Shown here: piece by piece, positions 16,153-24,038 of the stretch | Layout: every line of letters begins with the position of its first letter | Numbering within the stretch: the stretch's first letter is position 1 | Source of the DNA: a virus | Taxonomy: Duplodnaviria > Caudoviricetes | IMG/VR virus record: IMGVR_UViG_3300031965_000094 | Location: 1 to 35,937 of that record | Length of the DNA stretch: 35,937 nucleotides | Reading direction: 5' to 3' (one strand) | Position numbers and translations under genes: made by a program | The notes under the pieces: model-generated | Databases searched by the model: none | Told to the model about the DNA's origin: nothing | What the model saw: only the letters and a program-made list of their open reading frames with translations

Positions 16153-16280
16153 CCCTCCTCCTTCTCGCCATCCTCCTCCTCGGAACCAAGCTCGCCATCG
16201 CCGCCGCAGTCCGCAACTACTGCAACCGGAAGCACACCAGGGACGCGCTCGCCTTCTACGACCGGGGAGGGACGCGGTGA
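16149..16280 (+). CDS. Small membrane peptide (MTLLLLAILLLG...)
   Basis: ATGA coupling; hydrophobic N-terminus. Confidence 0.5.
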   Translation: MTLLLLAILLLGTKLAIAAAVRNYCNRKHTRDALAFYDRGGTR

Positions 16281-16552
16281 GCAAGGGGAATGTCAGGACG
16301 CACAACGAGAAGTGGTTGCGGCGCTACCACGGGCGGGCCGAACTGCGAGACCGCTACCCCGACGAGTTCAAGAGGCTGCGAGAGGAGACGTCCTATGTGG
16401 TGGCGCTCCGTCTCATCGAGGAGGCACATCCCGGCGAGATCCCGATAGAGCCAACACGTCCGAAGGGTAAGCAGGCAACCGGGATGCTGCGTTGTACGGT
16501 CTGCGGCGAACCGCTGCGGGACCACTCTCTCACCAGTAGGTGTCGCCCATGA
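16277..16552 (+). CDS. Hypothetical protein with C-terminal CxxC..H..C
   Basis: GGAGG RBS; CTVCGEPLRDH. Confidence 0.6.
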   Translation: MSKGNVRTHNEKWLRRYHGRAELRDRYPDEFKRLREETSYVVALRLIEEAHPGEIPIEPTRPKGKQATGMLRCTVCGEPLRDHSLTSRCRP

Positions 16553-16932
16553 GCTGGCGGGACTCCGCGGCCTGTCTCGGCACCTTCGACCCTGCCTTCT
16601 TCCCGGCCAAAGGTCATCAGTCCAACCGTCATGCCAAGGCGATCTGTGCGACCTGTCCGGTAACCGCCGAATGCCTCGACTACAGCCTCACCTACCGCTG
16701 CTACTACGGGATCTGGGGTGGGCTCACCGAGAAGGAGCGGCGCAAGGTGAAACGACAGAGGGAGGCGGTCGCAGTCCCGGAGGGCAAGAAGCGTTGCTCG
16801 AAGTGCGGATGGGTGAAGCGGCTAGACCAGTTCCCTCGTCAACGGGCGATTAAGGACGGGCGGACGTCGGCGTGTCGAACCTGTCGCAACGAACTGGCTC
16901 GAGACAATCGAAGGGCCGGGAGCTGGGCATGA
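16549..16932 (+). CDS. whiB: WhiB-family transcription factor with extra C-terminal zinc finger
   Basis: WRDSAAC..FFP..AKAICATCPVTAECL..GIWGGLTEKER, then CSKC..CRTC. Confidence 0.92.
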   Translation: MSWRDSAACLGTFDPAFFPAKGHQSNRHAKAICATCPVTAECLDYSLTYRCYYGIWGGLTEKERRKVKRQREAVAVPEGKKRCSKCGWVKRLDQFPRQRAIKDGRTSACRTCRNELARDNRRAGSWA

Positions 16933-17060
16933 CCTGTTCCTCCTGCGGCTCAGCCGAATACCGCATCCTCAGCAAACACCCCTCCGGGAACTGGATTATC
17001 GAATGTGTGTTTTGTTCATACCGCTGGCTCGACCAGCCCGACCGAGAGGTGAACCGATGA
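16929..17060 (+). CDS. Zinc-ribbon micro-protein
   Basis: CSSCG...CVFC; ATGA coupling. Confidence 0.55.
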   Translation: MTCSSCGSAEYRILSKHPSGNWIIECVFCSYRWLDQPDREVNR

Positions 17061-17326
17061 GCCCGCTCGTAGAGCTACCAGGCTTCGCCGAAGCGGTACG
17101 CCGTCACACCTGGGCCGGGTCACGGGCCGTAGTCCCCTACGACGGCACCCGATATTGCCCCCGCTGCTCTCACGGCCTCCTGCTACGCCTCGACCCTCAC
17201 ATCCAGCCAGCACTGTTCTACCACGGAGGCTACGGGGCGTCCGAACGGCTCACCTACGACCTGTGCCTTGCCTGCGGCCGGGTCTCTGTTGTCCAAGTCG
17301 AAACACTCAACCCGAGGAACCTATGA
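17057..17326 (+). CDS. Zinc-ribbon protein
   Basis: GAGGT RBS; CPRC...CLAC. Confidence 0.6.
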   Translation: MSPLVELPGFAEAVRRHTWAGSRAVVPYDGTRYCPRCSHGLLLRLDPHIQPALFYHGGYGASERLTYDLCLACGRVSVVQVETLNPRNL

Positions 17327-18180
17327 CCACGACCAAGACCAAAGCCAAGGCGTGGACACGGGTGACCACGATTGCCAATACACTCGCCGACCGTTACGCG
17401 CTCGAGCAGTGGGCGCAACGACAGACTGTGCTCGGACTCGGGGCGAGAGAGGATCTCTACGCACTCGCTGCCTCTGCCGACCCCGGGGACAAGAACCAGC
17501 TCAACAGCATCATCGAACAGGCCCAGGAGGCAGCCAAGTCCCGAAGCGGAGCCAACTTGGGGACGGCTCTCCACCGGTTAACCGAGCGGATCGACCGCGA
17601 CGAGCAACTGGACGTCCCCGCGGCGTGGCGGGCCGACATCGACGCCTACTGTCAGCGTCTCGCTGATAGCTCGGTGCGCATCAATCCTGACTGGATCGAA
17701 CGCGTCGTGGTGATCCCTCAACTCGGAGCGGCTGGCACCCTGGACCGGCTGGTCACCGTCGACGACGACCTCACCTTCCGGGTCGCTGATCTGAAGACGG
17801 GCAAAGACGCCCACATCTACGTCAACGAGACCGCCCTCCAGTTAGCGATGTACGCCAATGCTTCGCATGTGTGGAAGGGAACCACTGACGAGATCCGAAG
17901 AGACCGCTACGGACGTTATCTGCTGCCTGACCCAGCAGACGACCCGAACGCCTACGACCCGATGCCCCCGGTGGACACCGCGGCTGCGTTGCTGATCCAC
18001 CTGCCCATCGGTGAAGGGTCCTGCACTCTCCACGAGATCGACATCGTGGCAGGCAAGGAAGCGGTACGCCTTGCCGTCGAGGTCCGCGAATGGCGGAAGC
18101 GACGCGACCTTTCCTGGCCGTTCAACCCGGCCCCGTTCAGAGGAGGTGGTAACAGAACCACAGCAGCAGACGACTGGTAA
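17323..18180 (+). CDS. PD-(D/E)XK exonuclease (RecB/Cas4-like)
   Basis: GTALH, IE, AGTLDR, DLKTG and QLAMYA motifs; start reassigned to ATG 17323. Confidence 0.88.
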   Translation: MTTTKTKAKAWTRVTTIANTLADRYALEQWAQRQTVLGLGAREDLYALAASADPGDKNQLNSIIEQAQEAAKSRSGANLGTALHRLTERIDRDEQLDVPAAWRADIDAYCQRLADSSVRINPDWIERVVVIPQLGAAGTLDRLVTVDDDLTFRVADLKTGKDAHIYVNETALQLAMYANASHVWKGTTDEIRRDRYGRYLLPDPADDPNAYDPMPPVDTAAALLIHLPIGEGSCTLHEIDIVAGKEAVRLAVEVREWRKRRDLSWPFNPAPFRGGGNRTTAADDW

Positions 18181-18215
18181 ACGCTCAAAGGTCACATGAC
18201 AAAGGAGACAGAGAA

Positions 18216-18587
18216 ATGAGTTTCGATTTCAAGAAGTATTCAGGGAGTGGTGATTTCGTCAAGTTTGACGAGATCGGCGATGCCGTGGTGGGAACCATCA
18301 AGGAGATCAGGGAAGGCCGCGACTACAACGGGAATCCCTGCCCCGAGCTGGTGCTCGAGGTGAGCGACGAAGGCGACGAGAAGACGGTCACCGCGGGCCA
18401 AGCCCTGCTCAAGTCCGCGCTGGCCGAGGCGGCTCCGGAAGTGGGCAACCGGATCAGGATCACCTACTCGGGGAACAGCCAGGGCAAGCCCGGGAGGAAC
18501 CCGGCGAAGGAGTTCACCGTGGAAGTGAAGCCCGGCACACACGAGCTGGTCCAGCCTGCGGTGTCGAACAGCGAAGCTCCCTTTTGA
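18216..18587 (+). CDS. Probable single-stranded DNA-binding protein
   Basis: AAGGAG RBS; OB-fold-like pattern (FVKF..IGD.VVGTI, GNRIRITYSG); C-terminal APF; follows the exonuclease. Confidence 0.7.
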   Translation: MSFDFKKYSGSGDFVKFDEIGDAVVGTIKEIREGRDYNGNPCPELVLEVSDEGDEKTVTAGQALLKSALAEAAPEVGNRIRITYSGNSQGKPGRNPAKEFTVEVKPGTHELVQPAVSNSEAPF

Positions 18588-18600
18588 CCTAACCGACGCG

Positions 18601-18711
18601 ATGCGCATCAGTCCCGTTCCTCAATGGGACCGGTGCGCACACGTCACCCAGGTCACGGTCGGGCCCTACTTGAAATGCTCCAACTGCGGATACGTAAGCG
18701 TGAAAGATTGA
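18601..18711 (+). CDS. Possible 36-aa zinc-ribbon micro-ORF
   Basis: CAH...KCSNCG; fills the gap, but its start lies in a hairpin (18602-18639). Confidence 0.3.
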   Translation: MRISPVPQWDRCAHVTQVTVGPYLKCSNCGYVSVKD

Positions 18712-18712
18712 A

Positions 18713-20122
18713 TTGTCCCTCAAAGAAACCCTAGAACAACTGCCAGGTGACCTCCAGATCACAGTCCGGGCCATAGGCGGGGAGCAAACCTACACCGACC
18801 GGGTGTCCTGGATGCTCGAGGACGCCGAGCGCAACGTGATACGCCTCGAAGACTTCGAGTTGCTCACCGACGTCACCCTGGTCGGACAGAACGGCCACGA
18901 CCCCCAACCCAAGACCTCACCCGACTTCGACATCAAGGTCGACATCGAGTTAGAGAAGCTGAGGGTCAACTCCAGGGCCAGACAGATCCTCAAGACCGAG
19001 CAGAGGGCCCCTGAGCGCACCCCGGAGATTCTCACCCTCAAGGACCGCCTGCTGATCGATCACCCGCCGGTCAGATGGCGAATCCAGGACTGGCAACCTG
19101 CCGGGACCAGGGCGATGCTCGCAGCCCAATACAAGGCCGGTAAGACCACCCTGACCGGCAACCTGGCCCGCTGCCTGGCGGACGGGGCGTGGTGGCTGGA
19201 CAAATACGAAGTGATGCGCACCGAAGGCCTGACCACCATCGTCGACTTCGAGATGGGCGAACGCCAGATCGACGGCTGGCTCAAAGACCAAGGGATCGGA
19301 TACACCGAGAGAATCCAAATAGCCCCGATGAGGGGCAAGGCCACCGCGTTCAACATCTTAGACGAGCAGACCCGACACGAATGGGCGGAACGGCTCAAAG
19401 GCACCGAATACCTGATCCTGGACTGTCTGCGCCCGGTTATGGACGCCCTCGGGCTCGACGAGCACCACGACGCCGGTCAGTTCCTCACCGCCTTCGACGA
19501 GCTCTGCGACCTGGCGGACATCGAAGATGCGCTGATCGTTCACCACATGGGCCACTCCGGGGAACGATCCAGAGGCGATTCGAGGCTCCGGGACTGGCCC
19601 GACGTGGAGTGGCGGCTGGTCCGGGAGAGCGACGACCCGGCCTCTCCGAGGTACATCTCGGCGTTTGGTCGGGACGTCGATGTCACCGAGAGCCAGTTGG
19701 TCTACAACCCCGAGACCCGTCACCTGTCCTTCATCGGTGGGAACCGGGCCAACGCTGCGGCGCGCGGGGCCGTCGACGACATTCTCACGGTTCTCGTCGA
19801 AGAGGGAGAGCCGATGGCGAAGACCACCATCGAGAAGAGGGTGATGGCCGAGTACGACCACTCCCAGAAGTCGGTCCGCGATGGGCTTTCGATTGCGATC
19901 CACAGCGGGCAGGTCAGCCAGTCCAAAGGTGCTCATGGAGCGATCCTGTGCACTCCCTCCGATGCCCAGCTCGTTAGCTCGTTGCAGCTCGTTACAGCTC
20001 GTCAACGAGGTCCAATCCAGCTCGTTAGCTCGTCTATAGAGCAACGAGGTGGAGACGAGGTAAACGAAGACCCCGAAACAGACCAGCTCGTTGAAGAAGA
20101 CGAACTACCGGACCCATGGTGA
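18713..20122 (+). CDS. RepA-like AAA_25 replicative helicase
   Basis: AAQYKAGKTT Walker A, VDFEMG, LILDC Walker B, IVHHMG, SRGDS. Confidence 0.85.
   Translation: MSLKETLEQLPGDLQITVRAIGGEQTYTDRVSWMLEDAERNVIRLEDFELLTDVTLVGQNGHDPQPKTSPDFDIKVDIELEKLRVNSRARQILKTEQRAPERTPEILTLKDRLLIDHPPVRWRIQDWQPAGTRAMLAAQYKAGKTTLTGNLARCLADGAWWLDKYEVMRTEGLTTIVDFEMGERQIDGWLKDQGIGYTERIQIAPMRGKATAFNILDEQTRHEWAERLKGTEYLILDCLRPVMDALGLDEHHDAGQFLTAFDELCDLADIEDALIVHHMGHSGERSRGDSRLRDWPDVEWRLVRESDDPASPRYISAFGRDVDVTESQLVYNPETRHLSFIGGNRANAAARGAVDDILTVLVEEGEPMAKTTIEKRVMAEYDHSQKSVRDGLSIAIHSGQVSQSKGAHGAILCTPSDAQLVSSLQLVTARQRGPIQLVSSSIEQRGGDEVNEDPETDQLVEEDELPDPW
19968..20106. repeat. Iteron-like cluster, candidate replication origin
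   Basis: Seven AGCTCGT copies plus three inverted ACGAGGT variants around CTATAG (20034-20039). Confidence 0.65.
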
Positions 20123-20123
20123 T

Positions 20124-20492
20124 ATGTCGATGAAAACCCGACCAAAGGACCTCGGCACCCGCCTCGAATCCTTCGTCGTCCGAACCGCACAGGCCCACGG
20201 GCTGATTGCGGAGCGTCTCGCCGAAGGCGGGGCAGGCGACCTCGGAGATGTGCGAATCCTCACCGACGACGAGTGGATCGTCGAAGCCAAGAACAGAATG
20301 AACCTCAACGTGCCGTTGGCGCTCGAGAAGGCGATTGCCAAAGCCGGCACACAGAACACCGTTCTGGTCTACCGGAAGATGACCCGGAAGAAGAACAACA
20401 CCAACCGCACCCAGGATGGCCCGGTGATCGTTGCGTTGACCTTGCCGAGGTTCCTCGAGCTGTTGGCCGACTCAGTAGGAGGGAACGAATGA
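20124..20492 (+). CDS. Holliday junction resolvase (Hjc-like PD-(D/E)XK)
   Basis: GTRLE, AER, DLGDV and IVEAKN motifs. Confidence 0.8.
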   Translation: MSMKTRPKDLGTRLESFVVRTAQAHGLIAERLAEGGAGDLGDVRILTDDEWIVEAKNRMNLNVPLALEKAIAKAGTQNTVLVYRKMTRKKNNTNRTQDGPVIVALTLPRFLELLADSVGGNE

Positions 20493-20704
20493 GCAACTTG
20501 TTGGCAGTCAACGAACACGGCACAACCATCACCGCAATGGTCTGCGGGTCGTGTGGACGGTTGTTCACGATCACCGGGGAACACACCTCCGACTCGTGGG
20601 GCAGCGGTTGTCTGGACGTGACTTGTGATTCCTACGACGTGAACCGGGACGCAGACTTGATGTTTGGGATAGAGCCGTGGCGGATTCACAAGGAGGCGAT
20701 ATGA
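20489..20704 (+). CDS. Hypothetical Cys-rich protein
   Basis: AGGAGG RBS; CGSCG..CLDVTCDSYD. Confidence 0.6.
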   Translation: MSNLLAVNEHGTTITAMVCGSCGRLFTITGEHTSDSWGSGCLDVTCDSYDVNRDADLMFGIEPWRIHKEAI

Positions 20705-20952
20705 CCTATCTAGCCCGTATCACCGAATGCAAGCATGGGTTGAAGTCCAGATGTTGGGTGGCGTACTGTCCGGGTGGTACCACAACCCGAATCGAACCCG
20801 ACTACGAAGCAGCAGCGAGAAAACTGTGGACTGAGCGGTTAGGCGAACCCCAAGACTTCGCCTCAGAGATGGCACAGCACTCGCTGGTGAGCATCACGCT
20901 AGAGCAGGTAGCTGCGGTTGTCGATGCGGCGTTGGGAGGTAGCGAAATATGA
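20701..20952 (+). CDS. Hypothetical protein
   Basis: AAGGAGG RBS, coupled. Confidence 0.6.
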   Translation: MTYLARITECKHGLKSRCWVAYCPGGTTTRIEPDYEAAARKLWTERLGEPQDFASEMAQHSLVSITLEQVAAVVDAALGGSEI

Positions 20953-21146
20953 GCGAATTCAGAATTGACCAGTCTGACCCGAACTTTGGTTGGGGGCCAG
21001 CAATCCCCCTACCCCTCTACGGAGGCTGGTTGTGGTGGCAATGGTTCGGCTGCTCCTGCGGTGAGCGGTTCAAGGCAGAGGACGACTACCGGGAGCATTA
21101 CGCACGGAACCATTGGCCCGATGCGGCGTTGGGAGGCACCGAATGA
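20949..21146 (+). CDS. Small C2H2-like protein
   Basis: GGAGG RBS; CSCG..F..Y..HY..H. Confidence 0.6.
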   Translation: MSEFRIDQSDPNFGWGPAIPLPLYGGWLWWQWFGCSCGERFKAEDDYREHYARNHWPDAALGGTE

Positions 21147-21394
21147 CTGACCTAGCAAAACTACGAGAGGCGCTGGCGAAGGCGAAACGCTACGGCATCT
21201 TGGATGCCGACTCACCAATCATGGGTGCTGCCCGTGCCTACGCCGACCTCCTGGAGAACGGCCAACAGGTGGACTGGTGTGAAACGCACGGCCATCTATC
21301 GACTGGTGACGTGAACCAAGACCTCGAATACTCAATGAGACAGCCTGATCATTGCGTCATTGGCCCCAAGCTGCTCATCGAGGTTCCCGAATGA
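21143..21394 (+). CDS. Hypothetical protein
   Basis: GGAGG RBS, ATGA coupling. Confidence 0.55.
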   Translation: MTDLAKLREALAKAKRYGILDADSPIMGAARAYADLLENGQQVDWCETHGHLSTGDVNQDLEYSMRQPDHCVIGPKLLIEVPE

Positions 21395-21525
21395 GGTTGT
21401 GGTGGTGGTCAGTGACCAACTGGTTCAAGGGATACAAGTACGGTCCCGTGCGGCGCTTTCGCTGTTGTGACCACACGACCCCGTACCACTATGCAGGATG
21501 TTCCCATTTCGAGGTTCCCGAATGA
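21391..21525 (+). CDS. 44-aa micro-ORF (MRLWWWSVTNWFKG...)
   Basis: ATGA-coupled at both ends and flanked by a 17-bp direct repeat; not in the ORF track. Confidence 0.55.
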   Translation: MRLWWWSVTNWFKGYKYGPVRRFRCCDHTTPYHYAGCSHFEVPE

Positions 21526-21782
21526 CCCGCAGAATCGAATGCCCAACCTGCGGAGGGAGCGGGCATCTGCCCGTAAAGCCGGGCGGTGGCAACACCTTCT
21601 CGGCCAACTACCCCTGCCCCGACTGCATCCGTGGTCGGACGGCTTCACCCGAAGTGCTGGCGAGAATGAAGAAGGCGATGCACGACGAATACGCCATTGG
21701 GAAGCCTCGAAGCTATGCGGATTGGGATCGGTTTGTGCTGGCTGCATGGCTGGCCGATCACGGGGAGGACGAAGATGTGTGA
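21522..21782 (+). CDS. Protein with DnaJ-type CxxCxGxG zinc finger
   Basis: CPTCGGSG...CPDC. Confidence 0.6.
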   Translation: MTRRIECPTCGGSGHLPVKPGGGNTFSANYPCPDCIRGRTASPEVLARMKKAMHDEYAIGKPRSYADWDRFVLAAWLADHGEDEDV

Positions 21783-21855
21783 AGGACTTTGCCTCTGCCC
21801 TGTGCCTTGTACCGATCTCAGCAAGTGTCCTGGACACCGAAAGGACGAAGCATGA
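21775..21855 (+). CDS. 26-aa Cys-rich micro-ORF
   Basis: GGAGG RBS; MCEGLCLCPVPCTDLSKCPGHRKDEA; stop overlaps the next ATG. Confidence 0.35.
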   Translation: MCEGLCLCPVPCTDLSKCPGHRKDEA

Positions 21856-22406
21856 GTAGGTCCGCCAACGAAAACGCCTCACTCCGCAGCGAGCTGAAAA
21901 AGAAGAACCAACACATTGCCGTGCTCCAACAGGAGAACCACCGTCTTTGGGCACTCGTCCCCAAGGGCTACATCAACCTGATGGGCGTCTACCCACCTCT
22001 GCGTAAACTCCTCCACGTCCTCGCCGAAGCCGCCGACGCCCAGGACCCGACCAGGGGAGCACCCACCGAGGACACGATGAGGACCGAATATGTGTCCAAT
22101 GGTCCCAACGCCTCGAACTCGCCAACCGAGCGCGGATGGTTGACGCATGAAAGGGCTCGGTCCAACGTTCGGTTCATGCACGACGAACTTGACATCCTTC
22201 AACGCAAGTTCGTCAAAGACCTCGCCGCCAAGACCGCACACTTCGCTTCGGTGACCTCGGCGACGGAGTGGGAGTATCAACCTCCCCTCCCGGTGTGCCA
22301 CAAGAAAGGGTGCCCGGCAAGAGGCCGGCAACAGTCGTACTCTGCATACCAGCTTGGGTGCGAAGGGTGTGGACGGAAGTTCGAGAAGGAGGCAGCTAAT
22401 GGGTGA
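21852..22406 (+). CDS. Hypothetical coiled-coil protein with C-terminal zinc ribbon
   Basis: AAGGA RBS at ATG 21852; CHKKGC...CEGCG. Confidence 0.6.
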   Translation: MSRSANENASLRSELKKKNQHIAVLQQENHRLWALVPKGYINLMGVYPPLRKLLHVLAEAADAQDPTRGAPTEDTMRTEYVSNGPNASNSPTERGWLTHERARSNVRFMHDELDILQRKFVKDLAAKTAHFASVTSATEWEYQPPLPVCHKKGCPARGRQQSYSAYQLGCEGCGRKFEKEAANG

Positions 22407-22614
22407 ATCCCATCTGATACCTGGATGGGTATTTGTGGTGTTATCACAGATAGGCCCCGATGATCTTGACTTGACTCATGCCACTCTTGAGATGGAGGGC
22501 TCCCCGTTGGGCGTAGCTGTGTACGTAACCGACGGGGAGAGGTACTGCTCCCTGCGCATGAATATGGCCTCAGCATCTAAACATCTTCTGGGCGAGGAGG
22601 CAGCGAATGGGTGA
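22399..22614 (+). CDS. Hypothetical protein
   Basis: AAGGAGG RBS; flanked by a 20-bp near-perfect repeat. Confidence 0.55.
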   Translation: MGESHLIPGWVFVVLSQIGPDDLDLTHATLEMEGSPLGVAVYVTDGERYCSLRMNMASASKHLLGEEAANG

Positions 22615-22900
22615 GCAAGCATGTGAACATGGAGTCTTCGGTCCACACGATAATTGGGTGCCTATCGAAGGTCATCCCGTTGGAGGCGAGTTCTGTCCTT
22701 GTGTTGGGTCCTGGGAGACAACAACGAGATGGTGCCTAGTCCACGACCAACCTGCTGGACCTCAGGCTTACGCTTACTGCTGGGACATCGATGCCGCGAA
22801 CCTCTCAAATCAGGATCACATTGATCGGATGAAGGAGCGGGAAGGGTGCGACATTCGCGACGTGTTGATAACCCTAGGCCAACCCACCTTGGCCGACTGA
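22607..22900 (+). CDS. Hypothetical protein
   Basis: GAGGAGG RBS; last early-region gene. Confidence 0.6.
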   Translation: MGEQACEHGVFGPHDNWVPIEGHPVGGEFCPCVGSWETTTRWCLVHDQPAGPQAYAYCWDIDAANLSNQDHIDRMKEREGCDIRDVLITLGQPTLAD

Positions 22901-22916
22901 AATCCCTCGGTGGTAC

Positions 22917-22945
22917 TTGCTAAATCACATCATTGTAAGTATCTT
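22917..22945 (+). promoter_or_regulatory. Candidate late promoter
   Basis: TTGCTA-N17-TATCTT in an AT-rich gap before the packaging genes. Confidence 0.5.
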
Positions 22946-23037
22946 GGATTTCGTAGATAAGTAAACGGGGAGCAATGCGCCCCGGTCTCCCCACCTAGCT
23001 GCGTCCTAAACACTCCCCCCTCTTGGAGATACCCCCC

Positions 23038-23445
23038 ATGCCTTGTCTTGTCGCGGGTCCCCCCTGTGCAGGGAAGACCACCTACGTCAGATCCCACGCC
23101 GACACCAACGACCGCATCGTTGACTTCGACGACATAGTCGAGGGTCTTACCGGAGTTCGTTATGGTCCCCACTCACCAGAGACGATTCAAGAAGCGCGAC
23201 GACTCTGGGTTCAAGCTCTGCCCGACGCTGACTGGGTGATCTGGACCGCCCCACGCCGAGCGGATCGAGGACGGTTCCGATCTCAGCACACCGCCGAGGT
23301 GGTCGTCGTGGTAGCTCCTCTGGAGACGTGTCTCCGTCGTGCTGCGGAGAATCGACCCCCCTCTTGGCCCGCTTTGATTTACGAATGGTTCCGAGCCTGG
23401 GAGCCGAGCCGAAGTGGGGCCGAGACGATTGTGGCCGGGGGGTAG
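23038..23445 (+). CDS. P-loop kinase-like protein (AAA_33 type)
   Basis: GPPCAGKTTY, IVDFDDI, CLRRA; GGAG RBS. Confidence 0.8.
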   Translation: MPCLVAGPPCAGKTTYVRSHADTNDRIVDFDDIVEGLTGVRYGPHSPETIQEARRLWVQALPDADWVIWTAPRRADRGRFRSQHTAEVVVVVAPLETCLRRAAENRPPSWPALIYEWFRAWEPSRSGAETIVAGG

Positions 23446-23448
23446 GAG

Positions 23449-23733
23449 ATAGACCCCCGGTATCATTCAAGGCGCTGGCAAAAACTGAGGGCCGAGGTCA
23501 TCAAGAGGGACGGGCGGCTTTGCTCTATCCCCCTTTGCGCTGCCGACATGACCCAACCCGGCCAAACCCAAGTCGACCACATCCATGAGGTTGAGGACGG
23601 GGGGGCCTTTTGGGACCCCCTCAACCTGAGGGTGGTCTGCCTGCTCCACCACAAGGCCAAGACCTACGCCAAGGCCGCCTCCCGCATCACTGGTGTGACG
23701 GCTGGGCTTGAGCCGGCGAGCCCCAACGCTTGA
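23449..23733 (+). CDS. Packaging-associated HNH endonuclease (start non-canonical or by readthrough)
   Basis: DPRYHSRRWQKLRAEVIKRDGRLC..C...VDHI..GG..DPLNL.VVC..HHKAKT; the conserved N-terminus lies upstream of the first ATG (23548). Confidence 0.8.
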   Translation: MDPRYHSRRWQKLRAEVIKRDGRLCSIPLCAADMTQPGQTQVDHIHEVEDGGAFWDPLNLRVVCLLHHKAKTYAKAASRITGVTAGLEPASPNA

Positions 23734-23813
23734 CCCATTTTTTTCCAGTGTTCTAGGAGGGTCCGACTCTAGGCGGACCCTTTCTCTCCACCTCGATTCC
23801 CCAGGAGGCCCTG

Positions 23814-24038
23814 ATGGACCGTGTTGCAGATCTCCGGGCCGATTACGAGGCATTGGGCGAGCTCCTTGCGACCACCGAAGGCTCGGCCGCGGCGGCCATC
23901 GCCCGGGAGCGTCGTCTGATTCGGGCGGACCTGGCGAAGTGGGAGAAGCCGAAGGAGGTTTCGCGTGTCGATGAACTGGCAGCAAAGCGAGCCGGCACCG
24001 GCTCTCCTCGTCCATCCGCCCGCCGCAAGTCTGGATGA
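23814..24038 (+). CDS. Terminase small subunit (probable)
   Basis: AGGAGG RBS; VDELAAKR motif; position before and overlapping the large subunit. Confidence 0.7.
   Translation: MDRVADLRADYEALGELLATTEGSAAAAIARERRLIRADLAKWEKPKEVSRVDELAAKRAGTGSPRPSARRKSG

Noticed and set aside
17323-18180. Cas4-like gene as part of a CRISPR system
   Set aside because: No array or other cas genes; the exonuclease-SSB context is ordinary phage recombination.
18602-18639. Hairpin after the SSB gene as a novel RNA
   Set aside because: A single stem-loop, most simply an mRNA stabiliser or attenuator.
19189-19977. 262-aa alternative-frame ORF in the helicase
   Set aside because: Arg/Pro-rich shadow of GC-biased codons with no motif, unlike the nested MTase ORFs.
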